Part shown: positions 30,947-32,000 of the stretch, one piece after another
Position numbering within the stretch: position 1 is the stretch's first letter
How the letters are laid out: every line of letters begins with the position of its first letter
DNA from: Geotalea daltonii FRC-32
GTDB lineage: Bacteria; Desulfobacterota; Desulfuromonadia; Geobacterales; Geobacteraceae
Reading direction: 5' to 3'
DNA length: 32,000 bases
Assembly (NCBI RefSeq): GCF_000022265.1
Contig: NC_011979.1
Location: forward strand, 720,001 to 752,000
Translations under genes and position numbers: made by a program
Notes under the pieces: model-generated
Seen by the model: the letters and a program-made list of their open reading frames with translations, nothing else
Database searches by the model: none
Told to the model about the DNA's origin: nothing

Positions 30947-31170
30947 TTCGCTATTGAAGCGGTCGATACAACCGGCGCCGGCGATGTTTTCATGGAGGCT
31001 ATATCTATGGTCTTCTGCAGGACTGGAGGCTTGAGGATGTACTTGCTTTTGCCTCGGTAGCCGCTGCCCTCAAATGCAAAACAATAGTGGGACGAAAGGG
31101 GATTCCTCTTCTGGCGGAGGTGTTTTCTTTTCTTAAGGAACGGACAGGAAAGGGTTTTCAGGAACAATGA
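30947..31170 (+). pseudogene. 3' remnant (about 74 codons) of a PfkB-family carbohydrate kinase gene, with a frameshift
   Basis: One frame reads FAIEAVDTTGAGDV. After the T4 run at 30987-30990 the sequence continues in another frame as FHGGYIYGLLQDWRLEDVLAFASVAAALKCKTIVGRKGIPLLAEVFSFLKE...Q*. Joined, DTTGAGDVFHGGYI fits the PfkB signature-2 pattern. No N-terminal roughly 250 codons are present. The TGA (31168-31170) overlaps the ATG of the next gene. Confidence 0.75.
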
Positions 31171-31604
31171 ACAATATTCTTCTTTTTTTTCTCATGTTTT
31201 GCGGCGGCCTCGCCGTAGCTATGCAACCTTCCATCAACAGCCGTCTGGCACAGAAAATCGGCTTTCTTGAAAGTTCCTGCATCTCATTCGCCGTGGGCAC
31301 TCTGGCACTTTATATCGTTGCCCTTGTGGCGGGCCGCGGCAGCTTCAGAAGCTTGTCGGAGGCCGCCTGGTGGGAGCTGTCCGGGGGATTGCTCGGGGCT
31401 TATTTTGTCTCCATGACCATTCTTGCCGTGCCGCGTATCGGCACCACTGCAGCCCTGGCTGCGACCATCGCAGCCCAGCTTTTGACCGGACTTGTTCTCG
31501 ATACCTTCGGGCTCTTCGGTTTCCGCCAGATCCCCTTCGATTTCAAACGCGCCGTTGGCGTGGGGCTTCTCATCGTTGGGGCCAGCCTGATTTTCCGCAG
31601 ATGA
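31167..31604 (+). CDS. DMT-superfamily membrane protein, DUF606 (YdcZ-like)
   Basis: 145 aa with five predicted TM helices. MQPSINSRLAQKIG ... LLGAYFVSMTILAVPRIGTTAAL...AAQLLTGLVLDTFGLFG is typical of DUF606. Confidence 0.8.
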   Translation: MNNILLFFLMFCGGLAVAMQPSINSRLAQKIGFLESSCISFAVGTLALYIVALVAGRGSFRSLSEAAWWELSGGLLGAYFVSMTILAVPRIGTTAALAATIAAQLLTGLVLDTFGLFGFRQIPFDFKRAVGVGLLIVGASLIFRR

Positions 31605-31620
31605 GGGAGAATGAAAGCCC

Positions 31621-32000
31621 ATGACCACCTTTGCCGTAAGTGAAGAAAAAAACCGCTGGCTGCGCCAGAAGATGGATCTTCTCGGGGTCAGGGAGGAGGA
31701 TCTGGATGAGCAGTTTATCCGTTCTTCTGGCAAAGGAGGGCAGCATGTGAACAAGACTTCCACCTGTGTCTATCTGAGGCATAGACCGACCGGCATCGAG
31801 GTCAAATGCATGGCCGAACGGAGCCAGTCCCTGAACCGGTTCCTGGCCCGGCGCCAGTTGCTGGAGAAGATCGAAAGTGCGACGGGCAAGCCTACATCTG
31901 CGGATCTGAAGCGTGACAGGGCGCGGAAGCAGAAGGCGAGAAGGAAAAAGAGGGCCATGGACAAGTATGCTGCAAGGTCAGACAGCCCAGGTGAGGAGCA
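31621..32000 (+). CDS. Class I release factor-like GGQ protein (RF-1 domain; ArfB/YaeJ-like or small RF-like protein), 3' end beyond the window
   Basis: Not in the track because it has no stop in the window. The ATG at 31621 gives MTTFAVSEEKNRWLRQKMDLLGVREEDLDEQFIRSSGKGGQHVNKTSTCVYLRHRPTGIEVKCMAERSQSLNR..., followed by a basic tail (RKQKARRKKR). SGKGGQHVNKT is the GGQ motif. Confidence 0.75.
   Translation, partial: MTTFAVSEEKNRWLRQKMDLLGVREEDLDEQFIRSSGKGGQHVNKTSTCVYLRHRPTGIEVKCMAERSQSLNRFLARRQLLEKIESATGKPTSADLKRDRARKQKARRKKRAMDKYAARSDSPGEE

Noticed and set aside
30871-31167. Minus-strand 98-aa ORF between the proline-rich gene and the DUF606 gene.
   Set aside because: It runs through the rho-independent terminator and into the 3' end of the plus-strand gene. 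The opposite strand carries a clear PfkB C-terminal signature (DTTGAGD...), which explains why the region is open.
31303-31322. TGGCAC hexamer on the plus strand, considered as a second sigma-54 promoter.
   Set aside because: The sequence five nucleotides downstream is ATCG, not TTGC, and the site lies inside the DUF606 coding region.
1-32000. Search for tRNA, rRNA, CRISPR arrays, and IS, transposase or integrase genes.
   Set aside because: I saw no regularly spaced direct repeats and no cloverleaf-like or rRNA-like segments in the few intergenic regions. No ORF carries DDE, tyrosine- or serine-recombinase motifs.

Overview
About 26 kb of this window (roughly 1-26090) is one tightly packed minus-strand operon for sugar and glycan tailoring. 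It starts at a consensus sigma-54 (-24/-12) promoter at 26074-26089 and runs off the left edge. Start and stop codons overlap or abut at many junctions, including ATGA overlaps at 25086-25089, 22280-22283 and 9521-9524.

The operon encodes six radical-SAM enzymes: one SPASM/twitch type, one B12-binding type, three mutually paralogous, and one other. It also encodes a split transketolase, an RmlD-like reductase, a NUDIX hydrolase, three stand-alone methyltransferases (two class I, one FkbM-type), a NodU/CmcH-type carbamoyltransferase, an SGNH-like protein, a GT9 glycosyltransferase and two proteins I cannot assign.

Its last gene is a giant ORF (7032 down to below 1, at least 2344 codons). This ORF is absent from the supplied ORF track because it has no stop codon inside the window. 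By hand translation its architecture is GT4, GT2, SAM-methyltransferase, TPR (three tandem modules of about 160 aa), GT2-like, SAM-methyltransferase, GT2.

Upstream on the same strand lie a TPR plus beta-rich-domain protein (26222-27397) and a family-3 O-methyltransferase.

The right-hand 4 kb is plus-strand and looks like ordinary chromosome. It holds an exported MsrB, a small lipoprotein, a DUF3108 protein, a proline-rich C-terminally anchored protein with a clean terminator, a frameshifted 3' remnant of a pfkB sugar kinase, a DUF606 membrane protein, and a GGQ release-factor-like gene that runs off the right edge and is also missing from the track.

I found no rRNA, tRNA, CRISPR array, transposase or integrase. 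Most long plus-strand ORFs in the track between 1 and 26000 are antisense shadows of the real minus-strand genes. Everything here comes from reading motifs by eye. No database search was run, so all family names need HMM or BLAST confirmation.
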